NCBI GenBank assembly: GCA_039208735.1
Contig: JBCCQY010000003.1
Span: 32,001-96,000, forward strand
Direction: 5' to 3'
Origin: Myxococcota bacterium
GTDB taxonomy: Bacteria; Myxococcota_A; UBA796; GCA-2862545
DNA length: 64,000 nt
Below, piece by piece: positions 28,733 to 38,157 of the stretch (positions are counted from its first letter, which is position 1; every line of letters begins with the position of its first letter). Position numbers and translations under genes: made by a program. The notes below the pieces were generated by a model. It saw only the letters and a program-made list of their open reading frames with translations. It searched no databases and was not told the DNA's origin.

Positions 28733-30412
28733 TCACAAGGCCGTCAGCGCCTCGGGCGTTTCGACATACGGAATGTTCAGTTTGTCGGCGAGGGTCCGGT
28801 CCGCGGGACGCGTGGCGATGACCACGGTCCGAGTCAGGTCCACGTCATGGATGCGGGCAAGCAGTACGGGCAGCCCTAGCCAGGGCATGCGGCACCAACA
28901 GATGGGCGGGCCCGCGGGGTGCGGGCAGACCGCGGCGTGAACCGGGCCCGTGAATGCCTGCTCGATGGCCTGTGCCGCGACGCGAGGATCGGCGCCGGGC
29001 TCCCAACCGACGACCAGGGCGACCCGTCGGGACGCCTTGATGGCGGGGCCAAACCGTTCGAGCTGGTTCGGCGCGAGAATCACGCCAGGGTGCCGTCCGC
29101 TCGGGGCTCTCACGAACGGTACGCGCTCGATCGAGGCAAATCCCTCGTCGGCCGCCGGGGGTTCAAAGCGGCTGCGAAACGACAACAATGCGCGGGGCGG
29201 GATGATCGAAGGGTCGCGCCGGCCTAGGGTTTCGAATTCTTCAGGCTCGGGAAGCCGACCCAGGCGGTCCAAGATGCGGAGCACCACATTGCGCTCGCAG
29301 TCCGCGGATGGGGTGTCCATCCAGGTGACGTGGACGGGGACGTCGTGAGCCCAGGCGGTCTCGATGACGTCGTAGCGCGACGCTCGAGTCGCATAGGTGT
29401 TGTCGAGAACGACCGAGGAGCCTTCATCTTGAAGGGCTTCGGCCAAGGGCCGGAGAAGCTTCTTGAGCGTCCCACCCCGGTCGTCACGGTTTAGCCGCAC
29501 GAATCCCCGATCCACAAAGCGCTGTGCGTGTGTCGTTTTGCCGGATCCGGGACTTCCCATCACGATGCGCACCTCGCGGACGCCCTCGGGCGACGGAGCA
29601 CGTTGTTCGCGGGGCCGACGAAGCCGTCCGCCTTCTGGAAACGTGGCGTCGAGTTGGGCGCGTTCGTCGTTGGTCAGGGTCCAGGATGCGGCGCGCACGC
29701 AGCTTTCGAGGGTCTCCACGCGGGTCGGTCCGGGCAGAGGCACCAAACCAAGCGATGCGATCCAGGCGAGCACGACTTCGGCTGGACGACCTCCTCGGGC
29801 CTCGGCCATGTCGCGGAGCAACGCATGACGGGCGAGGCGTTGTTGTTTGTCGGCGCCCCCAAGTGGCCGGTGTGCGAGCACGGGAATCTGGGCCCGTTGG
29901 CAGGCTTCGAGGATGCCCGACCGGGCACTGGCCACATCCCAAGGCGAAACGGCGACCTCGACCCAGCGGACGGGCACCACGTCGAGGGCCGCGGTCAGTT
30001 GGGCGACCGAGACGTTGGCGAGCCCCACCGCCTTGGCGATGCCGCGGTCCTGAATGCGGGCCAGCGCGCGAAGGCTGGTCTTGAAGGACCGTCGGGGATC
30101 GGGGGCGTGGAGCAGGAAGGCGTCCAGCGCATCCACCCCGAGTCGATCGCGGCTCGCGAGGGCGGCATCGACGAGGTGGCCCAATCGGCCGTCGGGCTCC
30201 CAACGCTTCCCCCGCCGAACCAGGCCCCCCTTCGTCACGATGCGAAAGTCGTTGGCAAACGGCGCGAGCTGCCGTTCTGCGTCCCCCGGCGCGGCTCCGT
30301 ACTGGTCCGCTACGTCGAGCCACTCGACGCCAAGGGTGCGGGCCCGTTCGAGCACGGTCCGAACCTCGTTGACCGGGCGCAGCGCGAGCCGTTGGGTGCC
30401 GATGGCGATCAC
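28733..30412 (-). CDS. Aldo/keto reductase fused to a P-loop kinase (AAA_33) and a degenerate HAD domain
   Basis: DVADQY, TKGG, LLHAPD (AKR); GSPGSGKT, LNRD, LDNT (kinase); CPHPAGPPICWCR. Confidence 0.8.
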   Translation of the reverse strand: MIAIGTQRLALRPVNEVRTVLERARTLGVEWLDVADQYGAAPGDAERQLAPFANDFRIVTKGGLVRRGKRWEPDGRLGHLVDAALASRDRLGVDALDAFLLHAPDPRRSFKTSLRALARIQDRGIAKAVGLANVSVAQLTAALDVVPVRWVEVAVSPWDVASARSGILEACQRAQIPVLAHRPLGGADKQQRLARHALLRDMAEARGGRPAEVVLAWIASLGLVPLPGPTRVETLESCVRAASWTLTNDERAQLDATFPEGGRLRRPREQRAPSPEGVREVRIVMGSPGSGKTTHAQRFVDRGFVRLNRDDRGGTLKKLLRPLAEALQDEGSSVVLDNTYATRASRYDVIETAWAHDVPVHVTWMDTPSADCERNVVLRILDRLGRLPEPEEFETLGRRDPSIIPPRALLSFRSRFEPPAADEGFASIERVPFVRAPSGRHPGVILAPNQLERFGPAIKASRRVALVVGWEPGADPRVAAQAIEQAFTGPVHAAVCPHPAGPPICWCRMPWLGLPVLLARIHDVDLTRTVVIATRPADRTLADKLNIPYVETPEALTAL

Positions 30413-30444
30413 AAGCCTCGTGTAGCATGCGCGCAGGAGGGCGC

Positions 30445-32952
30445 ATGGTGGGTGGCTTGCTCGGGATGGTGATGGCAGCCATGGCCGCAACCCCAGCGGA
30501 CCTCGACCGTGCGCTCGATGACGTGGGGCCTCGATGGGCGGGGTCGCTTCCGGATTCGATCGAGGAACTGGACGGATGGTACGAAACGGCCTTCGCTACG
30601 GCCGATGATCCAGCGTCGACGGCGTATGTACGGTGGTCGATCGCCGAGTCGAGTCGCGCGGTCGGGATGTCGCAATTCGCGTTGTGGCAGTACGAGCAAG
30701 GTCTCGTCGGGCTGCGGAGCGCATCTGATGAGGGACGTGAGGCCCCGCGGTGGTCGCCCAAGGCGTTTGCCGGGCGTCGAGGAACCCTCTTTGAGCCGAG
30801 CTTTGTGGAACCGCAGTGGCGGTCGGATTGGATCACGACCCCCGACGGGGCGCGGGCCCTGGAAGTGGCATTGCTTGTGGGAGCCGGCAATTTATATCTG
30901 GTGCAAAACCAGCTTTCGGTTGCGCGCCCGCTCTTTGAGGAGGCGGTGCGCATCGCGGACGGTCTAGGCGAGCCGGCCCTGCGTGGGAATGCCCGGACGG
31001 GCTTGGCCTGGCTTGCCCTCCAAGAGGGCAAGGAGGAGTTGGCGGTCGAGCTGCTTGAGGCGGTCCCCACGATGGAGCGCCGTTTCCGAGTTCCGCTCCG
31101 CGGGGCGTGGCTCGCAGCAGCGGCGGCGCGGTTGCGCTCGGGCGACGTCAAGCGGGCGCGAGGATGGCTCGAAGAGGCTGATGCGCTCTATGCGAGGGCC
31201 GCGGACCGCTCCGGGCGGGCGACCGTGTGGGTGTTGCAGGGCGAACTGTACGAAGCCCTCGGGCGACCCAGTAAGGCGCTTGGCCGCTACACCGATGCCG
31301 AAGGCCAGGCCATGGTGGGCTCAGCGGCGGCCTGGGCGGCTCCGCTTGGGTTGGCCCGGTTGCACACCCGCCAAGGAGCCCCCCAGGACGCCTTGGCCGC
31401 TTACGGTCGCTACCTCCAGGCGATCGAGGGAGCGGCTCGAGGGTTCCGGACGGACCAGGGCCAATTCTCGACCCTCGAGGCGCATGCTGACCACCTGGAC
31501 GCGATGGTGGCGGTGGCTTTGGAGCTGGGCGAGCCGGGGTTGGTGCATCGGGTGGTGGCTCGCGCCCGACGTCGCTCACTGCCCGCCTTGACGGCGCGAA
31601 CCGACTCGATCCAGCCGATGCCCCCTGGTGTGCTGCAGCCCGGGCGGCTGTCAGGAGAGACGGATGACGTCCCCATGATGGTCCAGATGGCGGCCAGCAC
31701 GCCGTTGGCGTTGGTACCGGTCGAACGGGATCTCGGCGAACGTCAGGGCACCGATCCGTTCGCCATGGTCGCGCCCCCCGCCGACACCTGGACCTTGTCG
31801 ACGTATGCATTGCCGACCGAACTGCTGGTGACCCTTCGGGAGCCTTCCGGAGCGGTGCACCTCGGACGAAGCCGAATGGAACGGGACGCGCTCGTGAAGA
31901 AGGTCGAGAACTTTCGGCGGGCGCTGGGGGCCGATGGGGATCGCGTTCGCGGGCTCGATCGGAGCCCTCCGTCGGGAGCTGGACCCCAACAGGCCCTCGC
32001 ACGCGACCTGTACGCGATCGTGGTGGCGCCGGTGGCGAAGCATCTCCCGGGCGACACCGATGCGCCGCTGCTCGTGGTGCCCGACGCCGCGTTGTGGAGT
32101 CTTCCGTTTGCGGCGATGCAGGACGCGAAGGGAGGGTGGTTCGGCCAACGCGCATTGCACTTTGGCGTGTCGGAAGGAGCCGTGGGCACAAGCGGTCGAC
32201 GGACGCGGCCGCCTCGGTTTGGAGTCTTGGTGGTGGGCAATCCCGGTGAGGACCGGGCGACGTTGTGCGGCCGAACCCGTCGGTTGACTGCGTTGCAAGG
32301 CGCAGAGGCCGAAGCGAGAGCCATTGCAGACCTCGACGGGTTCGCCAAGGTGGATGTGTTGATCGGCGACCAGGCCGATGCGTTACGGCTCGATGCTTGG
32401 CACGGATCCTACGGTGTTTTGCACTTCGCAACGCATGGGTTTGTGTGTGATGATGCGCCGCTCGACTCCTTGGTGCAGATCGGTCGAACCCCTCCGAACG
32501 TTTGGAACCAGGCGCCAGACGGGACGGTTTCTCGCCGAGATGACCCTCGACTCGTCGTGAAGGAAATGGGTCAGAACGACCGCTTTTTGCCTCGACAGTG
32601 GCAGCCCACGCTTCCCTCGGTCCTCACCGCCCGACACGTGCTCGACCATTGGCATCTGAACGCCGATTTGGTCGCCCTGTCAGCTTGCGAGACGGGCCTT
32701 GGACAGTCTTCCCATGAGGGCACCATCGGTCTGTTGCGGGCCTTTGTGGCGTCGGGGGCGCGCTCGGTCCTCGTGAGCCTGTGGCCCGTGGACGATGCGA
32801 CCACGACCGACCTCATGGTGGCGTTCTACAAAGGCTATCTGGCCCATGGCGACAAGGCGGTCGCCCTGCGTGATGCCGCATCACAGGTGCGCGAGCGGCA
32901 TCCGGAGCCCCGATTGTGGGCTCCGTTTGTGCTGGTCGGACCCCCTCAGTAG
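30445..32952 (+). CDS. TPR + CHAT (caspase-like) domain protein
   Basis: LHFATHG, ALSACETGLG, SLWPVDD, WAPFVLVG; N-terminal leader. Confidence 0.9.
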   Translation: MVGGLLGMVMAAMAATPADLDRALDDVGPRWAGSLPDSIEELDGWYETAFATADDPASTAYVRWSIAESSRAVGMSQFALWQYEQGLVGLRSASDEGREAPRWSPKAFAGRRGTLFEPSFVEPQWRSDWITTPDGARALEVALLVGAGNLYLVQNQLSVARPLFEEAVRIADGLGEPALRGNARTGLAWLALQEGKEELAVELLEAVPTMERRFRVPLRGAWLAAAAARLRSGDVKRARGWLEEADALYARAADRSGRATVWVLQGELYEALGRPSKALGRYTDAEGQAMVGSAAAWAAPLGLARLHTRQGAPQDALAAYGRYLQAIEGAARGFRTDQGQFSTLEAHADHLDAMVAVALELGEPGLVHRVVARARRRSLPALTARTDSIQPMPPGVLQPGRLSGETDDVPMMVQMAASTPLALVPVERDLGERQGTDPFAMVAPPADTWTLSTYALPTELLVTLREPSGAVHLGRSRMERDALVKKVENFRRALGADGDRVRGLDRSPPSGAGPQQALARDLYAIVVAPVAKHLPGDTDAPLLVVPDAALWSLPFAAMQDAKGGWFGQRALHFGVSEGAVGTSGRRTRPPRFGVLVVGNPGEDRATLCGRTRRLTALQGAEAEARAIADLDGFAKVDVLIGDQADALRLDAWHGSYGVLHFATHGFVCDDAPLDSLVQIGRTPPNVWNQAPDGTVSRRDDPRLVVKEMGQNDRFLPRQWQPTLPSVLTARHVLDHWHLNADLVALSACETGLGQSSHEGTIGLLRAFVASGARSVLVSLWPVDDATTTDLMVAFYKGYLAHGDKAVALRDAASQVRERHPEPRLWAPFVLVGPPQ

Positions 32953-33019
32953 GCCAAACCCCCGCCATGAGATGCCTCGGCTGAGGTTGACCATGAGTCT
33001 GCGGTGGCTATTTCCCGGT

Positions 33020-33325
33020 ATGCTTCTTGATCTTGGCCTAGCGGCGCTCCCGTTTGTTGTGGGGGTGGCATCCACCTGGCGGCTCATCTGGCCGCGCTGG
33101 AAGGTCGTTGGTAAGGCCGTGGCGTACTTCGTTGTGGTGGCGCTGCTGTCGAGTTGGCTCGGCCACTGGAGCTTGCTGCTGGCTTATGCGCACCAAACGG
33201 TGGGGCTCGCCTTTCACATCTGGTTCAGCCGCAAGCACGGATTCACCTGGTACGCCGTGGAGGACCCCGAGCGCTACGTCGCGCTGTCGAAGGCGTGGGT
33301 GGGCGCGGGCGACGAATCGCCCTAA
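33020..33325 (+). CDS. Small membrane protein
   Basis: Three hydrophobic segments; fills the intergenic gap. Confidence 0.6.
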   Translation: MLLDLGLAALPFVVGVASTWRLIWPRWKVVGKAVAYFVVVALLSSWLGHWSLLLAYAHQTVGLAFHIWFSRKHGFTWYAVEDPERYVALSKAWVGAGDESP

Positions 33326-34104
33326 CGACCCTTGAACACCCCTTCGCGGCGTTCAAGAAAGCTCTGTAGCCCCTCCGCTGCGTCTTCGGTTGCCATCAGC
33401 TTCCGAGCTTGCGCTGCCAGACCATCGAGCGCCTGCTTCGGTGAATGCTCCACCGCTTGCCGCGATGAAGCCAGCGTGGCCTGCACTCCTAGCGGCGCCC
33501 TGGACGCAATGGTCTTAGCGATGCTCAGCGCACGGTTTGCAACCTCGTCGGGTGCGACGACCTCCTGCACCAGGCCGATCCGATGGGCCTCGGTCGCATC
33601 GAACCGGTCGCCCGTGAGCAGCCAGCGCATGGCATTGCCCCAGCCCGCGACCTGGGGCAGCCGCACCGTGGCGCCGCCGAACGGGAAGATGCCGCGGTTG
33701 ATTTCGATCTGTCCGAACGTCGTGTCTGTACCAGCGATGGCGATGTCCGAGGCGAGGATCATCTCGATGCCGATGGTCAGGCAGTAGCCTTGCACCCCGA
33801 TGACAAGCGGCTTTGTGCGTACACGCGCGCCGATCGACAAGGGATCCACACCCCCCTCGGGAAACAGGGGTTTCCCTGACTGCACCGCCGGGCCAACCTC
33901 GGCAAGGTCGAGGCCCGCGGTGAAGTGGCCGCCGTGGGACGTGATGACGGTCACGCGACCCCCGGGATCGTCGTCGCACGCGGTCACCGCTGCGGCGACC
34001 TCCTGCAGCATCTGAACATCGAAGGCGTTTCGCTTCTCGGCCCGGTCCAGCACGACGTGGTGAACGTGATCCGCGATGGTCACCTGAACGCGTGGCTTCG
34101 TCAT
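33322..34104 (-). CDS. Crotonase/enoyl-CoA hydratase family protein
   Basis: KRNAF, FTAGLDL, EINRGIFPFGG and SFLERR motifs. Confidence 0.93.
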   Translation of the reverse strand: MTKPRVQVTIADHVHHVVLDRAEKRNAFDVQMLQEVAAAVTACDDDPGGRVTVITSHGGHFTAGLDLAEVGPAVQSGKPLFPEGGVDPLSIGARVRTKPLVIGVQGYCLTIGIEMILASDIAIAGTDTTFGQIEINRGIFPFGGATVRLPQVAGWGNAMRWLLTGDRFDATEAHRIGLVQEVVAPDEVANRALSIAKTIASRAPLGVQATLASSRQAVEHSPKQALDGLAAQARKLMATEDAAEGLQSFLERREGVFKGR

Positions 34105-34252
34105 GTACCCCTCCCGCGGCGCGACGGACGGTCGGCCCTCGACGTGCCGGTTCCCCCGCAGGTAACCTCTGGCCCTCGGAGGAGGTGCCCGTGGATGCCG
34201 CAGCCTGCGTCAGCCCCGGCTGGCACGATGCCCTCGCCGCGGGGATGTAACG

Positions 34253-36295
34253 ATGGTGACGACGACCTTTTGCCGCATTTGCGAGGCCCACTGCGGACTC
34301 CTCGTGACCACCGAGGGGGACCGTGTCACCCAGGTGCGCCCGGACCGAGAGCATCCCGTGAGCCGGGGCTACGTCTGCGGCAAGGGCACCGGGGCGGGCA
34401 GCGTCCATCACGACCCCGCGCGCCTCGACCATCCGCTCGAACGCATCGACGGATCCTACCGAAGGATTTCGTGGTCCGAGGCGCTGCAGAAAATCGGAAC
34501 CCGAGTGCGCGCGTTGCGCAAAACCCACGGCGATCGGTCGATCGCGATGTACACGGGCAACCCCACATTCTTCAACGCGGGGGCCACGCTGTGGTCGTCG
34601 GCCTTCCTCGAGGCGTTGGGATCGCCCAATTTGTTCGCATCGCATTCGGTCGATCTGAACAACAAGTTCCACGTGGCCACCGCCATGTATGGCCGTTCGC
34701 TTGTGCAGCCGGTTCCCGACTTGGCTCGCTGCCGGTACTTCGTCTGCATCGGGTCGAATCCCTTCGTGAGCCAAATGAGTGTGGTGCACCAGCCGCACGC
34801 CTTGCAGACGCTCAAGGCGATCGAAGCCCGTGGGGGACGAGTGGTGGTGATCGACCCGCGACGTACCGAGACGGCCGAGCGGGTGGGGGAGCACCTCGCG
34901 ATCCGTCCCGGTACCGACGCCGTGTTGCTGCTGGGGATGCTTCACACGCTGGTGGACGACGGACTCGCGCCCGAGGTGGTGCGTCAGGTCAACGCGGTGG
35001 CCGAGGGGCTCGAGACCTTGTGTGACGCAGCTCGCGCATGGCCGGCCGACCGGGCGGCATCCATCACGGGTATCGATGCCCAACGGATTCGATCGTTGGC
35101 TCGGGACCTCCGAGATGCGGACGGTGGCGCATTGTACATGTCCACCGGGGTAAACCAAGGCCCCTTCGGCTCCATTGCGGCGTGGCTGGTGCAGGCGCTG
35201 CACGTCGTGACCCAGCAGCTCGACCGGGCCGGCGGATCGTTGGTTCCAAAGGGCGCGTTTCCCGCCTTGCAGTTGGCGAGCTGGCTAGGACTCGGCGGCT
35301 TTGATGCCCATCGAACGCGCGAGGGGCAGCATCACCGAGTCGCGGGCGCGTTTCCCGTAGGGGCCTTGGCCGATGAGATTCGGAGCCCCGCTCCGGACCG
35401 AATTCGGGCGCTTTTCGTGTGTGCGGGCAACCCGGTCCGCTCGGCGGCCGGTCGTCTGGACGAGGCGCTTGAGGAGCTTGATCTGCTCGTTGGGATCGAC
35501 CTGTACCCCAACGACACAACGGCCAAGGCCGACTTCCTGTTGCCCGCGACCGACATGCTCGAACGCAGCGACTTCGCGCTGGCGCACACGTTGCTCCAGC
35601 CAGAGCCTCATGCCCAGTTCACCGAGGCGGTGGTGTCGCCAAAGGCCGAACGGCGAGAAGAATGGCGGATCTTCAAAGATCTAGCGGTGGCCTGTGGGGC
35701 TCCGGTGTGGTCTCCGACCCTGTGTGGCATCGGAGCGCGATTGCCCCTTCATCCCGACCGTTTGATCGCGGGCTTGTTGCGATGGGGGGGCCACACCACG
35801 CACCGTGCGCTGCTCAAGGAGCCCCGCGGCGTGGCCTTGCCGGCCACCGAGCCAGGCAGCTTTCTGGGACGCCGGGTGCCCCGGGGCAAGGTCAACCTCG
35901 CCCCGGACGATGTGGTGGCCGATCTCGATCGACTCGAGGCCACGATCGAGGAATGGACCACGGATGGGCTACGACTCATCGGACGACGGCATCGAAAGCG
36001 CCACAACAGCTGGTTGCCCCGCGAGTCCCGCTCGGCGCTCGGTGCCCTGTGGGTTCACCCCGATGACGCGGCACGGCTCGGCCTCGCCGAGGGCGAAGAG
36101 GTCGTCGTCCGCGGTGCATCGCACGCCATCAAGATCGTGGTGGCCATCACCGACGCCATGCGACAGGGGGTGGTTTCCCTTCCCTACGGCGGTCCCAAGG
36201 GGCTGGATCTCAACCGGCTCATGCCTCCGATGATGGAGCCCGTGAGTGGCCAAGCCGTGTTCAATGGGCATCCGGTCACCATCGAACGGGCTTAG
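34253..36295 (+). CDS. Molybdopterin-dependent oxidoreductase
   Basis: CRICEAHCG...CGKG (4Fe-4S); IDPRRTETA; ADFLLPA; VHPDDA. Confidence 0.92.
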   Translation: MVTTTFCRICEAHCGLLVTTEGDRVTQVRPDREHPVSRGYVCGKGTGAGSVHHDPARLDHPLERIDGSYRRISWSEALQKIGTRVRALRKTHGDRSIAMYTGNPTFFNAGATLWSSAFLEALGSPNLFASHSVDLNNKFHVATAMYGRSLVQPVPDLARCRYFVCIGSNPFVSQMSVVHQPHALQTLKAIEARGGRVVVIDPRRTETAERVGEHLAIRPGTDAVLLLGMLHTLVDDGLAPEVVRQVNAVAEGLETLCDAARAWPADRAASITGIDAQRIRSLARDLRDADGGALYMSTGVNQGPFGSIAAWLVQALHVVTQQLDRAGGSLVPKGAFPALQLASWLGLGGFDAHRTREGQHHRVAGAFPVGALADEIRSPAPDRIRALFVCAGNPVRSAAGRLDEALEELDLLVGIDLYPNDTTAKADFLLPATDMLERSDFALAHTLLQPEPHAQFTEAVVSPKAERREEWRIFKDLAVACGAPVWSPTLCGIGARLPLHPDRLIAGLLRWGGHTTHRALLKEPRGVALPATEPGSFLGRRVPRGKVNLAPDDVVADLDRLEATIEEWTTDGLRLIGRRHRKRHNSWLPRESRSALGALWVHPDDAARLGLAEGEEVVVRGASHAIKIVVAITDAMRQGVVSLPYGGPKGLDLNRLMPPMMEPVSGQAVFNGHPVTIERA

Positions 36296-36693
36296 TCGAA
36301 CGGGGTCACGCAGTCGTAGTTGGTCAGCTCGACGATGCGCCCCCCGCGGACGGTCATGAACAAGGCAAGGTGGGCCTCGATGACCGATCCGGCCGGCTGG
36401 GAGCCCAGGTCCACCGCGAGATGACCCTGCCAATGCAGTCGACAAGCGATGCGCTCGCCGTGCACCAACACCTCTTCGGCCGTGTAGCGCTCTTCTCGGA
36501 GCAACGAGGCTCCACGCTTGACGCCCTCGAGCATGGCCGCCTTGTCGTGGCGGCCGCCTTTGGGAGAAAATGTGTTGGGATGCTCGATCTGAATGAGACT
36601 GTCGTCGAACAGGGCGTTCAGTTCGTCGAGGTCCTTACCCTCGATCGCACGGAGGTAGCGGTCGACGAAGGCCTGGGCGTCTGCAGGGGTCAT
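36292..36693 (-). CDS. SnoaL/NTF2-like protein
   Basis: FVDRYLRAIE..EHPN..GGRIVELTNYDC. Confidence 0.8.
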   Translation of the reverse strand: MTPADAQAFVDRYLRAIEGKDLDELNALFDDSLIQIEHPNTFSPKGGRHDKAAMLEGVKRGASLLREERYTAEEVLVHGERIACRLHWQGHLAVDLGSQPAGSVIEAHLALFMTVRGGRIVELTNYDCVTPFD

Positions 36694-36748
36694 GATGGCT
36701 CCTCGGGCAAAGATCCCGTATCGCAGCTCGCTTGGTAGTCTGACCGCG

Positions 36749-37495
36749 ATGGACGATCCCAAACCATTGTCGCGCCTTCACGCCCGCGCGCTCGACTACC
36801 CCGAGGCCTATGAAGAACTGCCGTGGGGGCATCCGGCGATCAAGGTGCGCAAGAAGACATTTGTCTTCTGCTCGGCGCTCGACTCAGAAAACCCTGGTAT
36901 CTCGGTTAAACTGACGCAGTCTCGTGAACGAGCGCTCGCTCACGACAGCGTCTCCCCCATGGGCTACGGCCTGAGCAAACACGGGTGGTGTTCGTTTTCG
37001 GACCTCGGCGCAATGCCTCTCGAGGAGCTGTTCGACTACCTCGACGAGTCCTACCGCGCGGTGGCGCCCAAGACGTTGCTGCGCAAGCTCGGGGACGGTC
37101 CTCCTCCGGCTCGAACGGCGCCCTCCGCACCGGTGGACCTCGATGCGCTGCCGCGCGTGTTGGTGGTCGGTGCGGGGCCCCGGCGCGCCCAACGGGCGGT
37201 GCGAGCCTTGGCGGAACGTGGGGTTCCCGCTGCAGCCGTGGGCCTGGAACCTGCCATCGAGGAGGCTGGGGAACTCCAGCCCGAGATTGTCGTGGTGGAC
37301 GGAGCCCGGGAGGCCTTGAGGGCCGGTGAGGTGCTCGAGAGTTTGATGGCGCTGTGTCCCGATGCCCGGTGGTTCGTGGCCGAGCCTCGTCCACGCCTCT
37401 CGGTTCCCGAGTCGGTCATCGTGCTGAAGGAGCCGCCCGGCGCGGCCGATTCGGTCGAAGCAGTCCTCCGTGGGCTCGAGACCAAGGAGACATGA
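36749..37495 (+). CDS. MmcQ/YjbR DNA-binding domain fused to a receiver-like domain
   Basis: PWGHPAIKVRKKTF, GYGLSKHGW, ESYRAVAPK; then RVLVVG..PEIVVVD. Confidence 0.8.
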   Translation: MDDPKPLSRLHARALDYPEAYEELPWGHPAIKVRKKTFVFCSALDSENPGISVKLTQSRERALAHDSVSPMGYGLSKHGWCSFSDLGAMPLEELFDYLDESYRAVAPKTLLRKLGDGPPPARTAPSAPVDLDALPRVLVVGAGPRRAQRAVRALAERGVPAAAVGLEPAIEEAGELQPEIVVVDGAREALRAGEVLESLMALCPDARWFVAEPRPRLSVPESVIVLKEPPGAADSVEAVLRGLETKET

Positions 37496-38157
37496 TGTTG
37501 CTCGCAGGCCTCTGTGCCATGGCCCTAGGTGCCGAGGGCATCCAGTTCGCTCCGGATCGCCCGGGCGTGGGAGACAGCACGGTGACCACGGGGCCTGGCC
37601 ACGTGGTGATCGAATTGGGCTTTGCGGCCGCCCTGACGCAACGGAGCACGACGTTGTCCACGGGTGGCCTGATCGGTCGCATCGGGCTCGATGATGGGCT
37701 GGAGCTGCGCGTTCGCCTGCCGGACCCGTTTGTGACCGAAGGGGACTTTGGCGTCGGTCCGGCGGGGCTTGGGGCCAAGGTGGGAGGTGTGCTCAACGAC
37801 CGGTGGTCTTCGTCGGTGGTGGCCGAACTCCAGGTGGATCCAAACGATGGCACGGTCGGCGGATTCTTAGGCGGCAACGTGGCCGCGGCCTTCGATCGGG
37901 TGGGGGTCTGGCTAGCCGGGTCCGCCGCGGGCTCCAATGCTGTCACGGTGTTTGCTGGCGGAGGACTTGGGTACAACGTGGACGACGGCGGAGTCTACGT
38001 CAACGCAGGGTACGACTTTGGCGGGTCTACGCTGGCCGGCGTTGGCGCGTATCTGCTTCCGGGAGAGGCGTTTCAGGTCGACGCGAGTTTCGATGTTGCG
38101 GTTGCGGACGGGCAAACGACGTGGCTACCCTCATTCGGCGTCGCCTTCGGCCTCTGA
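37492..38157 (+). CDS. Outer-membrane transporter (MetA-pathway/COG4313-like barrel)
   Basis: DRPGVGDSTVT..G..IELG; RIGL..GLELR; ATGA overlap. Confidence 0.7.
   Translation: MMLLAGLCAMALGAEGIQFAPDRPGVGDSTVTTGPGHVVIELGFAAALTQRSTTLSTGGLIGRIGLDDGLELRVRLPDPFVTEGDFGVGPAGLGAKVGGVLNDRWSSSVVAELQVDPNDGTVGGFLGGNVAAAFDRVGVWLAGSAAGSNAVTVFAGGGLGYNVDDGGVYVNAGYDFGGSTLAGVGAYLLPGEAFQVDASFDVAVADGQTTWLPSFGVAFGL

Noticed and set aside
34220..34238. CTGGCACG sigma-54-like site before the Mo-oxidoreductase gene
   Set aside because: The -12 GC is misplaced and the site is too close to the start codon.
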